This document shows positions 51,174 to 61,421 of a DNA stretch of 64,000 nt, in pieces. The stretch spans positions 11,336 to 75,335 of the forward strand of contig CAYPDR010000021.1 in the NCBI GenBank assembly GCA_964409595.1, in the 5' to 3' direction. Under the pieces are notes generated by a model that was not told the DNA's origin, searched no databases, and saw only the letters and a list, made by a program, of their open reading frames with translations. Made by a program: the position numbers and the translations under genes. Position 1 is the stretch's first letter; the number at the start of each line of letters is the position of its first letter. The DNA comes from an uncultured Dehalococcoidia bacterium (GTDB taxonomy: Bacteria > Chloroflexota > Dehalococcoidia > Lucifugimonadales > UBA826).

Positions 51174-52219
51174 TGAGCCCCAAGATCATTCACTAAATCC
51201 ATGAATTTTCCAAGCTCTTCCAATTTTTCCTCAATACCTTCTCCAGGAATATCAACTTTAAGGCTCGTTATTCCAACCTCCTCATACAATCTCAAACGTT
51301 CCATGATCATGTCTTCCGTACCTATTAAATTCGACTTAAGTGCCAAGTCGACTGGCACAAGTTCTCTGGCCTCCTCTCTTCTCCCGTCCTTCCACAATCG
51401 CTGTACCGCATCTAGTACGTCCCCATAACCTTGCTTGGAATAAGCATTTTTATAGAAATTATTCTTGATAGAACCCATTGCTCCAAACGTGAACCCGTAG
51501 CCTCTTGCATGACGTTTTCCTGCTTCTTCAATTTCATCTGTAAGTTCTAGAGATAATGGGACAATCAGATCAAACTCTCCCGTCGTTCTACCAGATTTAC
51601 CTAAACCAACACGAATTTTATCCAGAAACATGTCGGCATTTTCCGGTATGAAACATCCCCCTAACCAACCGTCCGCGAACTCTCCGGTCATCTCGAGGTT
51701 CGCCGGTCCTAACGAGGCCACAAATATTGGGACCTCTGCAGGTGGCGCACTCGAGCGAATAACTTTACCTTCACCTCCCGTTAGCGGCATCGAATAGTGG
51801 TTGCCGACGTAATCTAAGGTTTGTCCAGATACCCCTTTTTTTATTATTTCTATTAGTTCTTTCGTACGCCCTATGGGACTCCGGAACGAAACCCCGTGCC
51901 AACCCTCCATCACCTGTGGCCCACTAGTCCCCAACCCAAGAATAAACCTCCCTTCAGATATTGATTGCATCGTGAGAGAGGTCATAACCAAATTGGCCGG
52001 AGTTCTGCTTCCTACTTGTATTATGCCCGTCCCCAGACGTATAGACGAAGTATGCCCCGCTAGAAATGCTAACGGCGAAACAGCGTCTGTACCCCATGCC
52101 TCAGACGTCCAAATAGAATCAACTCCCATCATTTCAGCCTCACGAGCAAAGTCGGCCACAGATTTCCAATCTGAAACACCTGATTTGACCCCGGACAAAG
52201 ACCGTACAGCGATTTTCAA
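51170..52219 (-). CDS. LLM class F420-dependent oxidoreductase
   Basis: SEAWGTDA, RTPA, GRFILGLGTSGPQVMEGWHG. Confidence 0.88.
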   Translation of the reverse strand: MKIAVRSLSGVKSGVSDWKSVADFAREAEMMGVDSIWTSEAWGTDAVSPLAFLAGHTSSIRLGTGIIQVGSRTPANLVMTSLTMQSISEGRFILGLGTSGPQVMEGWHGVSFRSPIGRTKELIEIIKKGVSGQTLDYVGNHYSMPLTGGEGKVIRSSAPPAEVPIFVASLGPANLEMTGEFADGWLGGCFIPENADMFLDKIRVGLGKSGRTTGEFDLIVPLSLELTDEIEEAGKRHARGYGFTFGAMGSIKNNFYKNAYSKQGYGDVLDAVQRLWKDGRREEARELVPVDLALKSNLIGTEDMIMERLRLYEEVGITSLKVDIPGEGIEEKLEELGKFMDLVNDLGAH

Positions 52220-52263
52220 TTAGAACCTCTTACACACCAAACACACTGAGTGATACCAATAAA

Positions 52264-52782
52264 TCATTTTCCGGGATAATGGAGATGCCTTTTCAAGGAG
52301 ACAATCTGGTTAACATGATCAAGATCGTGCACTCTTTGAAAAAGATACCAGGCCCCAGCATGCAGATCTCCAAAAAAACTGTGCCTTGCCATAAATTTAT
52401 AGTCTGGATTAGGAGGCAGCCTTTGTGTCATGGCGCTCCATCTGATGGCCCCACTTAAAACGTGCCTTTTAAGCGTAGTGATCCCAGATGCAGCCGGCAT
52501 CTTGGGGGGGTCAATACCAGATGTGTCGGGTTCTTCGCCATTTACAAGCGCTTCAATAATGAAGGCGACTCTTTCTGTACTCAGAACCACGTGCTGAACG
52601 ACTTCCGCTATTGTCCATTCTGATTGGTTCGGAGTAAATCCTGCCTGTTCCTCATCAATTCCGTCAAGTTCTTCAATAAGTTGAACCCTAGCCTTAACAA
52701 TCCTAAACCACAACTCTTCGAAGCTGTACTTTTGGCCCTGCGTGAGGAGATAGTTCCTCACCTTATCCTGCTCTGACCTCAT
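52264..52782 (-). CDS. DinB/YfiT-like protein
   Basis: WTIAEVVQH, HSFFG, RVHDLDH. ATG 52782 after GAGGAG. Confidence 0.75.
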   Translation of the reverse strand: MRSEQDKVRNYLLTQGQKYSFEELWFRIVKARVQLIEELDGIDEEQAGFTPNQSEWTIAEVVQHVVLSTERVAFIIEALVNGEEPDTSGIDPPKMPAASGITTLKRHVLSGAIRWSAMTQRLPPNPDYKFMARHSFFGDLHAGAWYLFQRVHDLDHVNQIVSLKRHLHYPGK

Positions 52783-52825
52783 AGGAAAATACACTCCTCA
52801 TTCCCCTCGGTTTCCACACAGAATC

Positions 52826-54049
52826 TTAACCTTTTCTTTTTGACAACATATCGGACCAACAAATAATGCTCAGTCCCAATAGTACGAGACCCATCACCCC
52901 GTTCACAAGTAAGGCAAAAGAGACCCCATTTTTATCAGCCATAACGCCGGAAAGTAGCAAGCCTAAAGGCAACCCATAGACCGCGAGCTGTCGAAGGCCC
53001 AGGACCCTTCCTCTCATTTCTCTGGAGGTATATTTCAGAATCATTAGTGCCATGGTGACCATTGAGAAGGACTGGGAAACGCCGACCAAGACAAGAACTG
53101 GAAGCGCAGGATAGAACCATTTCATGTAGGCCATAACCAATATACCAAGATGCCAAACAACCGATCCCACCATCATAACCCTACCTGCAGAACCCATTTC
53201 AGATATGGAGCCGATTGTAAGAGAACCGAGAAGAGATCCAAGTGAGTATGCCCCCATGAGTAGCCCTAGCTTTGTTGCTCCCGTCAACATCACATCCCTG
53301 GCCACGACTGTAATTAGCGTGTTATTCAGAGGAAAAGCAGTAAAATTAACAATGAAAGCAACTACAAGTAAGCCCATAATTAGTCTGTCTGTTTTGACAT
53401 ACCATAATCCCTCCCTGAGGTTGATAAATATCGACTTATGATCTTTCGCCGGCGAAGTTGGAAGCCCTTTGATTACAGCAACCAATAGAAAAGAGATAGC
53501 ATAAAGTATCACTATAACAACGTAACTGTATGCCGTGCCGATCTGCTCCAGCAGCACACCACCACAGATTGGACCTACAATTTGAGTTGCGTCCCTACCC
53601 GTCCTCGAAAGAGCAACCCCATTGTGGAGCTTACTTTCGCCAACAACTTCTGGAAGAACCGATTGGCGAACAATCATGTCCATCGAGCGACATATTCCAA
53701 CAAGGGAAGCAAAAACCAGAACAAAAGCCACTGTAAGAGTTCCGCTAAGAGCCAGAATCAATATATTAGAAGACAAGATCAAAAATGATGCTCTCGAAAC
53801 TAGAAATATCGTCCTTCGCCCAAATCGATCAACTAATACCCCAAAAAGGGGTGCCACTAAAGTTCCCGTAAATCTCAGTGCACCAAACAGTCCAAGGATT
53901 AATGGCGAGTCAGTTCGTTCGAGTACGAACCAGGACAGAATAATAATTTCCATAAACTCCGCCCAGTTCAAGCCTATGTCCGCCAGCCACATCAACCGAT
54001 AACCTGGTACTTTGAAAGAAATGAAAGTCCGTTTCACAAATGAACTCAT
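52826..54049 (-). CDS. MFS transporter (EntS/H+ antiporter-like)
   Basis: GVLVDRFGRR, REGLWYV, EMRGRV, about 12 TM segments. Confidence 0.85.
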   Translation of the reverse strand: MSSFVKRTFISFKVPGYRLMWLADIGLNWAEFMEIIILSWFVLERTDSPLILGLFGALRFTGTLVAPLFGVLVDRFGRRTIFLVSRASFLILSSNILILALSGTLTVAFVLVFASLVGICRSMDMIVRQSVLPEVVGESKLHNGVALSRTGRDATQIVGPICGGVLLEQIGTAYSYVVIVILYAISFLLVAVIKGLPTSPAKDHKSIFINLREGLWYVKTDRLIMGLLVVAFIVNFTAFPLNNTLITVVARDVMLTGATKLGLLMGAYSLGSLLGSLTIGSISEMGSAGRVMMVGSVVWHLGILVMAYMKWFYPALPVLVLVGVSQSFSMVTMALMILKYTSREMRGRVLGLRQLAVYGLPLGLLLSGVMADKNGVSFALLVNGVMGLVLLGLSIICWSDMLSKRKG

Positions 54050-54225
54050 TAGGTCAACCTTGGATATGACAAATACATCTTTTCATACTAGATAATCTCA
54101 GCAAATCGTATATAAATACAAACACACTAGGAGCAAGTAGAACAGGTAATAAAGAAATTGAACACTACATGTATAATGCTTATCCCCCACAAACATAAAG
54201 CCGTAACCAATACAAGGAGCAACAT

Positions 54226-54783
54226 ATGAACCAAGCAGAAGTAGCAACACTGGCGGGCGGCTGCTTCTGGTGTGTCGAAGCCGTATTTGAACTGGTAGAA
54301 GGAGTTCATAAGGTGGTTTCCGGGTACACCGGTGGGGATACGGCAGATCCCACCTACGAAGAAGTGTGTTCCGGTTCCACAGGACACGCAGAGGCAATCC
54401 AAGTGACATTCGATACTGCAAAGCTAAAATACAAGACTATCTTAGAAATATTTTTTGCTTACCATGACCCGACAACCATCAATAGACAGGGAAATGATAT
54501 TGGTACTCAATACAGGTCAGCCATCTACTATCATGATAAGGACCAAAAAAATATTGCCCAAGACGTAATTAAAGAATTGAGCGAAAAACAAGTCTTTCCC
54601 AACGCCATAGTAACCGAAGTAGAGAAGTTAGAGATTTTTTATGAAGGCGAAGATTACCACCAATCATTTTTTCAAAATAATCCCTATCAACCTTATTGCC
54701 AGTTCATAATAGCCCCCAAGGTTTTGAAACTGCGAGATAAACATTCCGATATCCTTAAACCTAATATCCATCAGAGAATCTAA
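54226..54783 (+). CDS. msrA: Peptide-methionine (S)-S-oxide reductase
   Basis: GGCFWC, SGYTGG, TGHAE, RQGNDIGTQYRS, EDYHQ, PYC. Confidence 0.95.
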   Translation: MNQAEVATLAGGCFWCVEAVFELVEGVHKVVSGYTGGDTADPTYEEVCSGSTGHAEAIQVTFDTAKLKYKTILEIFFAYHDPTTINRQGNDIGTQYRSAIYYHDKDQKNIAQDVIKELSEKQVFPNAIVTEVEKLEIFYEGEDYHQSFFQNNPYQPYCQFIIAPKVLKLRDKHSDILKPNIHQRI

Positions 54784-54792
54784 AAATTCAGG

Positions 54793-56484
54793 ATGGCAAA
54801 TCCAATTTCAAGAACTACATTCCCCAAAAGTAAGGAATCAGACATTCTCCTTACCGACGATTTTCTTCATTACCTGCAAGAAATGCATGATAGATTCTCG
54901 GACAGAATTCGTGAAATTCGAAGGGTTAGGCAAAAAACGCTTGAAGAAGTTCACAGGAATGGGGTCGATTCGCTGAACCAACCGGAAGTTATTACAAGTA
55001 CCTCCCAGTGGTCTGTGGATCCAGTCCCAGAGGATCTAAAGCGCCCAGGCATTGAAATTTCTGGGCCGTCCAGCCTAGCACATATGTTCATAAACGCGGT
55101 AAATCCCGGTCCAGAGGGAGAAAGAGCGGTCGGGTATTTAGACGATGACGAGGACTCAGGAGGTCACACGCTACAAGACACCTTGAATTCTGCTCAAAAC
55201 AGACTACAAGCCGTAGAGGGAACACTAAGGTATGAAGATCCCTCTAGAGGAAGAATATACGAAGTTGAACCAGGTGAATTGCCATTCTTGATGCATAGGG
55301 AGAGGGGACTCCATTTAGATGAACCAAGCGTAACCATAGACGGTACTCCGGTCTCCGCCACTATATTAAGTACATGTCTAACTATATTCCATGCCGGAAG
55401 GGCGCAGATCGCAAAAAACAAAGGTGTGTATTTTTACCTTCCCAAACTGGAGAGTTCGGAAGAGGTAGCCATTTACAAAGATTTTTTTGACTTAAGCAAA
55501 AAATACTTGAACCTCCCTAAATCTGCAGTGATCAAAGGAATCATCTTGGTAGAATCTTTGCCAGCGGTTTACCGTATGGAAGAAATGCTCCGTACTTTAG
55601 GAACTTACGGGGCCGGATTGAACGCTGCAAGGTGGGACTTAAAAGCGAGCATCTTAGAATATATTATGACCGACCCCAAATCAGTCTGGCCTGACAGATT
55701 CGATGTTGACATAAAAACGACCGCCTTCATCTCCAATATTTTCAGAAGATTGGTGGCCATCTGCTTGAAACACGGTGCTGTGGCTATAGGAGGAATGGCA
55801 ACGGCTTTACCCAGTCGGGATGAGGATATCAACAGACTAGCTTCGGCATCCATCCGAAATGACAAAGAATGGGAAGCGCGCCAGGGATTCTTAAGAGGTT
55901 GGACCGCCCATATATATCACATGAAAACGGCCTCGGATCCATTTGTCGAACGATGGAATACTGGATGGGCACCCCCTAAAAGTATGAAAGATCCAAGCAA
56001 TTACCCAGTTGTCATAGAGGTGCCCAACGGGCAAATAACAAAAGAAGGTACCAGAAGAAACGTTCGGACAGTAGTTGAATATGTGGAAGGATGGTTATCA
56101 GGAAGAGGAGCGAAAGGAATCGATAGTATGGAGGGACGTGAGGGCAAGCATCCGGCCCTAATGGAAGATCTAGCCACCGCTCGAATATCTGTAGGACAGG
56201 TGTCCCAGCGGATTATTCACCAAGCATTAGCAAGCGATACAGGTGAAACTCACTCATTGGCTATGATTAAAAGCATTATAGACTCTGAAATTCAAGACAT
56301 ACTCAGGATAAGATCCCTAGACCTTAACCGATCCGATTTCGATTTATCCAAAACAACATACGAATCGTCGAGAAAGATTACACTCCGTTGGATCAAGAAC
56401 TACACACAGTTGAACTTCAAGAGTTTAGGCTCCTACACCAGGGAAGATCTGTCGAATATCGCCAGCAGTCCTGACGCATTCTAG
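54793..56484 (+). CDS. Malate synthase-like protein (divergent)
   Basis: RERGLHL, YFYLPKLES, GLNAARWD, GGMA, LMEDLATA correspond to malate synthase A motifs. Confidence 0.75.
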   Translation: MANPISRTTFPKSKESDILLTDDFLHYLQEMHDRFSDRIREIRRVRQKTLEEVHRNGVDSLNQPEVITSTSQWSVDPVPEDLKRPGIEISGPSSLAHMFINAVNPGPEGERAVGYLDDDEDSGGHTLQDTLNSAQNRLQAVEGTLRYEDPSRGRIYEVEPGELPFLMHRERGLHLDEPSVTIDGTPVSATILSTCLTIFHAGRAQIAKNKGVYFYLPKLESSEEVAIYKDFFDLSKKYLNLPKSAVIKGIILVESLPAVYRMEEMLRTLGTYGAGLNAARWDLKASILEYIMTDPKSVWPDRFDVDIKTTAFISNIFRRLVAICLKHGAVAIGGMATALPSRDEDINRLASASIRNDKEWEARQGFLRGWTAHIYHMKTASDPFVERWNTGWAPPKSMKDPSNYPVVIEVPNGQITKEGTRRNVRTVVEYVEGWLSGRGAKGIDSMEGREGKHPALMEDLATARISVGQVSQRIIHQALASDTGETHSLAMIKSIIDSEIQDILRIRSLDLNRSDFDLSKTTYESSRKITLRWIKNYTQLNFKSLGSYTREDLSNIASSPDAF

Positions 56485-56814
56485 ATCATAATTAACGACT
56501 TACCGGAACTCTTAAGCTTCGTCAATGGTAAAAGCTCTCTCGTTTAGCCAAACCAATCATTTACTCCCCTAAACAAGTTTCAATGTATTCGCTTTCAATT
56601 GGCCGCAATTTAAAGCCCTAATTTATGGGATTGGCAAGATCTCGCTATGTGCTATTTAGAGGATTCCAAAGCTTGGCTGAGGACTTCATATCCTATGTAT
56701 CTTCATGATACATCCCACCAAATTTTTCGTAAGAGTTGTCCCCGATGGTCTCTCGACGAGTATAATCCCAAACATAGCACTTTCATATTTTAGGCAAATA
56801 AATGGACGGGGCTA

Positions 56815-58251
56815 ATGGAAAATAACCAAGCATATTTGTCCGCTGGCGATGTAGCTCAGATGATAAAAAATGGGGACACCACCAGTCTCGAGATCACCGA
56901 ACTGGCCCTATCGCGAGCACGCGATTCTCAAAACACGCTTAACGCATTCATCACTATTTGTGAAGAGCAAGCTATCAGAGATGCTCAAAATTCAGACAAG
57001 CTTGTCTCTAAGGAAAAGATGCACGGGCCACTACATGGTGTCCCTTTTACGGTAAAAGATCTTATCAATACCAAAGACGTACGTACGACAATGGGTTCCA
57101 AGATATTTGAAGAAAATTTTCCACGATTTGATGCTGTTGTGGTATCAAGACTAAAAAAAGCTGGGGCGATTCTTATAGGTAAAACCACTACACCTGAATT
57201 CGGTCATAAACCATTCACTAGTTCACCGTTGTTTGGCCATACCAGAAACGCTTGGGACCAACGGCGTATTTCAGGGGGTTCCAGTGGAGGTGCCGCCGTA
57301 GCCGCCGCCGCTGGCCTAGGTTATTTACATGTAGGAACTGACGGTGGCGGGTCCATCAGAATACCCGCAGCGGCTAACGGCGTAGTAGGTATGAAAGCAA
57401 CTCTCGGCACAGTTCCTAATGATTCAACCCCAGATACATTCGGAAATTATAGTTACACCGGACCAATAACAAGAACAGTCAGCGACGCGGCCTCCATGCT
57501 CTCAGTCATGTCAGGCCCACATTCGTCAGATATTCATTCCCAGGGAAGGGAAAATCGGGACTATTGCTCGGCCACAACTCACCCGCAAGATTTGAGGAAT
57601 TGCCGTATAGGGTGGAGACCATTCCTTGGTAATACCGATATTGATTCTGAACTGCTGTCGTTGACCTCAAGTTCGGTAAACTCACTAAAACAACATGGCG
57701 CACTTATAGTAGAAATAGATGAGTCTTTCGAGTCACCCGAACCTTACTGGCGTGTAATTAACCAGGCAGCGTGGAAGAGTAGATACGGGTCGTATGAATC
57801 GGAATGGGCCAGCGAGATGACGCCGACTTTTCTTAAATCTATAAGAGAAGCGGAGGATTACTCAGCGATCGAACTTCAACATGCCATTTACAATCGAACC
57901 ACTCTATTTCGACAAGTGCAGTCCTGGTTCAAAGACTTCGATTTCATAATCACTCCTACCCTGTCCCGTACTGCCTTAGAAATAGAAAAAGACCTATATG
58001 ATCCTGTATTAATCGAAGGTAGAGAGGCTGGCATAGTCAGACAAGCCTGGTATCCTTACACTCACCCTTTTAACCTAACGGGACATCCTGCGATTACTCT
58101 CCCATCTGGCTTCCATAGCGACGGATTGCCAACTGCAATACAAATCATCGGGCCCTACGGTGCAGACTACGACGTGATTAGATGTGCCAGGTTATTCGAA
58201 ATAAGCAATCCCTGGGAAAATAGGATCCCATATATTCCAGGTTTGGGTTAG
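56815..58251 (+). CDS. Amidase signature family enzyme
   Basis: GPLHGVPFTVKD, GKTTTPEFG, GGSSGG, GTDGGGSIRIPA. Confidence 0.92.
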   Translation: MENNQAYLSAGDVAQMIKNGDTTSLEITELALSRARDSQNTLNAFITICEEQAIRDAQNSDKLVSKEKMHGPLHGVPFTVKDLINTKDVRTTMGSKIFEENFPRFDAVVVSRLKKAGAILIGKTTTPEFGHKPFTSSPLFGHTRNAWDQRRISGGSSGGAAVAAAAGLGYLHVGTDGGGSIRIPAAANGVVGMKATLGTVPNDSTPDTFGNYSYTGPITRTVSDAASMLSVMSGPHSSDIHSQGRENRDYCSATTHPQDLRNCRIGWRPFLGNTDIDSELLSLTSSSVNSLKQHGALIVEIDESFESPEPYWRVINQAAWKSRYGSYESEWASEMTPTFLKSIREAEDYSAIELQHAIYNRTTLFRQVQSWFKDFDFIITPTLSRTALEIEKDLYDPVLIEGREAGIVRQAWYPYTHPFNLTGHPAITLPSGFHSDGLPTAIQIIGPYGADYDVIRCARLFEISNPWENRIPYIPGLG

Positions 58252-59453
58252 TAGTCTATGGCGTTGTAGACCAAGGTTCTAAGTTCCCTACGTATGTTAA
58301 ATGTGAAAGATGGAATCAACTGAGTCATAAATACAACAGCGAGTTCTTCTTGTCGATCTATCCAAAAGGCCGTGCTTGCCATGCCTCCCCAGGCCAATTC
58401 GCCAACAGAACCGATATTTTGAGCAAGTACAGGATTCACCACTACAGAAAATCCAAGTCCAAAACCAACTCCTTCAAAAGCCGATTCGCTCCACGGTCCG
58501 TATGCAAGATCAGATAGATACAATCCGTCACGTAAATGATTCGCAGACATCATATCCACCGTTTTTCGACTCAATATCCTCTCTTTTCCCAAAGTTCCGT
58601 TACCCAGAATCATCCTACAAAAAGATAAGTAATCAAAAGCCGTAGATACTAGACCACCTCCTCCTGAAAGGAATCCCGGAAGTGCCGAACTTTCACTTAC
58701 TTGTGAATCCTCTATTAATTTAGGCTCCCCATCCCGTTGGAAAATATAATTCGAGGCTAACCGGTGGAGCTTTTCTTCCGGCACGTAAAAGGCGGTATCT
58801 AACATTCCAAGTGGATCAAAGATATTTTTTTTAAGAAATTCGTCGAGAGCCATCCCTGACAATACCTCAACAAGATATCCGCAAACGTCGGTGGAGATCG
58901 AATAATTCCATTTATCACCCGGAGAAAACTCTAAAGGGATTGTTGATAAAGAGGAGATCAGTTCTTTCAAACTATTCTGCCCCTTTCGTCCAACGCCGAT
59001 TTCTCGATATGCGGCATCCACCTCAGTATTATTCATGAAGTCATACGTTAACCCAGACTGATGAGTAAGAAGGTCTCGTATAGTCATCGGACGGTCCGGA
59101 ATTACCGTCTCGAATTTACCCAAATTACCTGATACGTACACCCTCATATCTCGGAATTCAGGAATGTAGTGATGAACTGGATCGTCTAACTGGAATAAAG
59201 CCTTTTCATACAGGGTCATCAAAGCGACAGATGTTATCGGTTTCGTCATAGAATATAACCGATAAATGGTGTCAATTTGCACGGGTCTATTCCTTTCACG
59301 ATCCATATTCCCTAATGCGGAATAGTGAACCACTCGTCCTTTTCGGTACACGAGGGTCAGTGAGCCCGTGAATATATTTTTCTCCAAATAGTTACGTTTC
59401 AAATGGTCATCAATTCGGAGCAATCGTCGATGAGACATTCCACTTGTAGACAT
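58248..59453 (-). CDS. Serine hydrolase, beta-lactamase class C/esterase family
   Basis: YSMTK (SxxK), LLTHQSG, PGDKWNYS, WGG. Confidence 0.9.
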   Translation of the reverse strand: MSTSGMSHRRLLRIDDHLKRNYLEKNIFTGSLTLVYRKGRVVHYSALGNMDRERNRPVQIDTIYRLYSMTKPITSVALMTLYEKALFQLDDPVHHYIPEFRDMRVYVSGNLGKFETVIPDRPMTIRDLLTHQSGLTYDFMNNTEVDAAYREIGVGRKGQNSLKELISSLSTIPLEFSPGDKWNYSISTDVCGYLVEVLSGMALDEFLKKNIFDPLGMLDTAFYVPEEKLHRLASNYIFQRDGEPKLIEDSQVSESSALPGFLSGGGGLVSTAFDYLSFCRMILGNGTLGKERILSRKTVDMMSANHLRDGLYLSDLAYGPWSESAFEGVGFGLGFSVVVNPVLAQNIGSVGELAWGGMASTAFWIDRQEELAVVFMTQLIPSFTFNIRRELRTLVYNAIDY

Positions 59454-59587
59454 TTCCGAAGTACACCTTTACTTCATTCCGCAAATCCAAGTGCGTGTGA
59501 ACACGATGTTGCGGAAATTCTCATCATAACGTTACGATCCCACAACCACATTGCGCAACCGGTGGTTTAGGGATCACAATTGAAGTA

Positions 59588-60517
59588 ATGACAGAATTCA
59601 CTATACAAGTAAGGGACCTTAAAAAGTCTTACGGCAATTTCGAGGCGGTCCGTGGTGTCAGTTTCAATGTTGAGAAAGGTGAAATATTTGCTTTGCTCGG
59701 ACCCAATGGCGCGGGTAAAACTACTATAGTAGAAATATTGGAGGGTCACACAAAAAAATCTTCAGGTTTTATATCTGTTTTGGGATATGACCCAGATGCA
59801 TCCTCCGGCAAATTCCGATCTAAGATAGGCATTGTTTTACAGGAAATCGGCGTTGAACCCTACCTGAAAGTTGAGGAGGTCATACGTCAATTCAGTGGTT
59901 TCTATGATAATCCTCCTCCACTTGAAGAAATTCTAGCCGTGACAGGATTGGAGGGCATTCGTGATACGAGAGCCCGAAAACTATCAGGCGGTCAAAAAAG
60001 AAGGCTCGACGTTGCAGTGGGACTTGCAGGAGATCCCGAATTACTTTTCTTAGACGAGCCAACTACCGGTTTTGACCCAGCCGCTCGGAGAGAAGCTTGG
60101 AAAATGATCAGCAATTTAAAGAAACTGGGTAAAACAGTTTTACTAACAACCCATTACATGGACGAAGCCGAAATCCTGGCCGATAGACTCGCACTTATTA
60201 AATCAGGCCTTATCGAGGCAGAAGGAACACTTGATCAACTGAGACAGCATAGTAAAAAAACAACTATAAAATTCAAGTTAGATAACGTAATATCGACGCT
60301 TCCAGAATCTATTCTCGGAATCTCCACCCGGATCCAGAATGAGTTAGAGATCCTGACAGAAAACCCCACGGAAGTACTCAAGACACTCACGAGTTGGGCT
60401 AATACACAAGGAATAGAGTTAGAAAACCTTTCTGTGAGAAAGCAATCCTTAGAAGACATTTTCCTAGAGCTTACAACGGAAAGTGCCCGAGATAAAAAGA
60501 AACTAACATATGACTAA
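59588..60517 (+). CDS. ABC-2 type exporter ATP-binding protein
   Basis: GPNGAGKTT, LSGGQ, LFLDEPTTG, TTHYM. Confidence 0.93.
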   Translation: MTEFTIQVRDLKKSYGNFEAVRGVSFNVEKGEIFALLGPNGAGKTTIVEILEGHTKKSSGFISVLGYDPDASSGKFRSKIGIVLQEIGVEPYLKVEEVIRQFSGFYDNPPPLEEILAVTGLEGIRDTRARKLSGGQKRRLDVAVGLAGDPELLFLDEPTTGFDPAARREAWKMISNLKKLGKTVLLTTHYMDEAEILADRLALIKSGLIEAEGTLDQLRQHSKKTTIKFKLDNVISTLPESILGISTRIQNELEILTENPTEVLKTLTSWANTQGIELENLSVRKQSLEDIFLELTTESARDKKKLTYD

Positions 60518-61286
60518 AGTAATTCGGCTAGGATTACGGCAGGTCTGGTACGAAAATTGTGCCTTCCGCCGGAATCCAGTAGCAGCATTTTTTACCTTGG
60601 CTTTCCCCTTGATGTTCCTCTTTATATTTAACCTAGTATTTGGCAGTAATGAAGTTACAGTTCCCGCTGGTACTAGTTATTTATCCACTTCATATATCCC
60701 GATGATGATCGCATTTTCGGTAATAAACGCCTCATATACAAACATCGCTATGAGCCTAGTGATCGCGAGAGACAACAGAATATTAAAAAGACTGAGAGGA
60801 ACTCCTTTACCTCCAGCCTCTTTTATATTGGGCAAATTCATGCACAATGCATTAATTTCTATTTTTCTGGTCGTAGTTGTTGTCCTTTCAGGAGTATTCA
60901 TATTTGATGTCCCCCTTCCGATGAGGGCAATGCCTGCTTTTCTGATTACCTTAATAGTCGGGACAGCCACATTTAGTTGCTTAGGCATAGCGGTAACTTC
61001 CATAATTCCTAATGCCGACGCCGCACCGGCCATAGTGAATGCCACCGTGCTACCGTTACTTTTCATATCTGATGTATTCATACCGATGGATAACGCACCG
61101 AACTGGTTGAATACCATAGCCCAAGTGTTCCCAATTAGACCATTTAGTCTAGCTCTCCAAGATTCTTTCGACCCTTTCTCAAAAGGAGCGACACTCGACT
61201 TCCTAAATCTTTCGATTATGGGGCTCTGGATGTTCCTCGGGCTGATAACAGCTTTGAAATTTTTTTCGTGGCAACCTAGGAAATAA
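60510..61286 (+). CDS. ABC-2 type exporter permease
   Basis: RNPVAAFFTL, LKRLRGTP, six hydrophobic segments. Overlaps the ATPase stop. Confidence 0.9.
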   Translation: MTKVIRLGLRQVWYENCAFRRNPVAAFFTLAFPLMFLFIFNLVFGSNEVTVPAGTSYLSTSYIPMMIAFSVINASYTNIAMSLVIARDNRILKRLRGTPLPPASFILGKFMHNALISIFLVVVVVLSGVFIFDVPLPMRAMPAFLITLIVGTATFSCLGIAVTSIIPNADAAPAIVNATVLPLLFISDVFIPMDNAPNWLNTIAQVFPIRPFSLALQDSFDPFSKGATLDFLNLSIMGLWMFLGLITALKFFSWQPRK

Positions 61287-61421
61287 TTACAATCCATGTC
61301 TACACTCAACGCGATTTATTTATTCAACCATCTAACAATAGAAGTTCAAAGGCATCTGATTGTTGTGGGTAAATCGGCAAGGCAGTAATATTTCACAAGA
61401 TTATATGAAAGTGGTGAAATA

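Noticed and set aside
58248-61286. Antibiotic-resistance locus (beta-lactamase plus efflux)
   Set aside because: The hydrolase has no signal peptide and has the WGG esterase-type motif. The ABC-2 exporter is generic and no mobile element is present.
60677-61309. 210-aa minus-strand ORF (likewise 28856-29428)
   Set aside because: Antisense shadows of membrane-protein genes; no recognisable domain.
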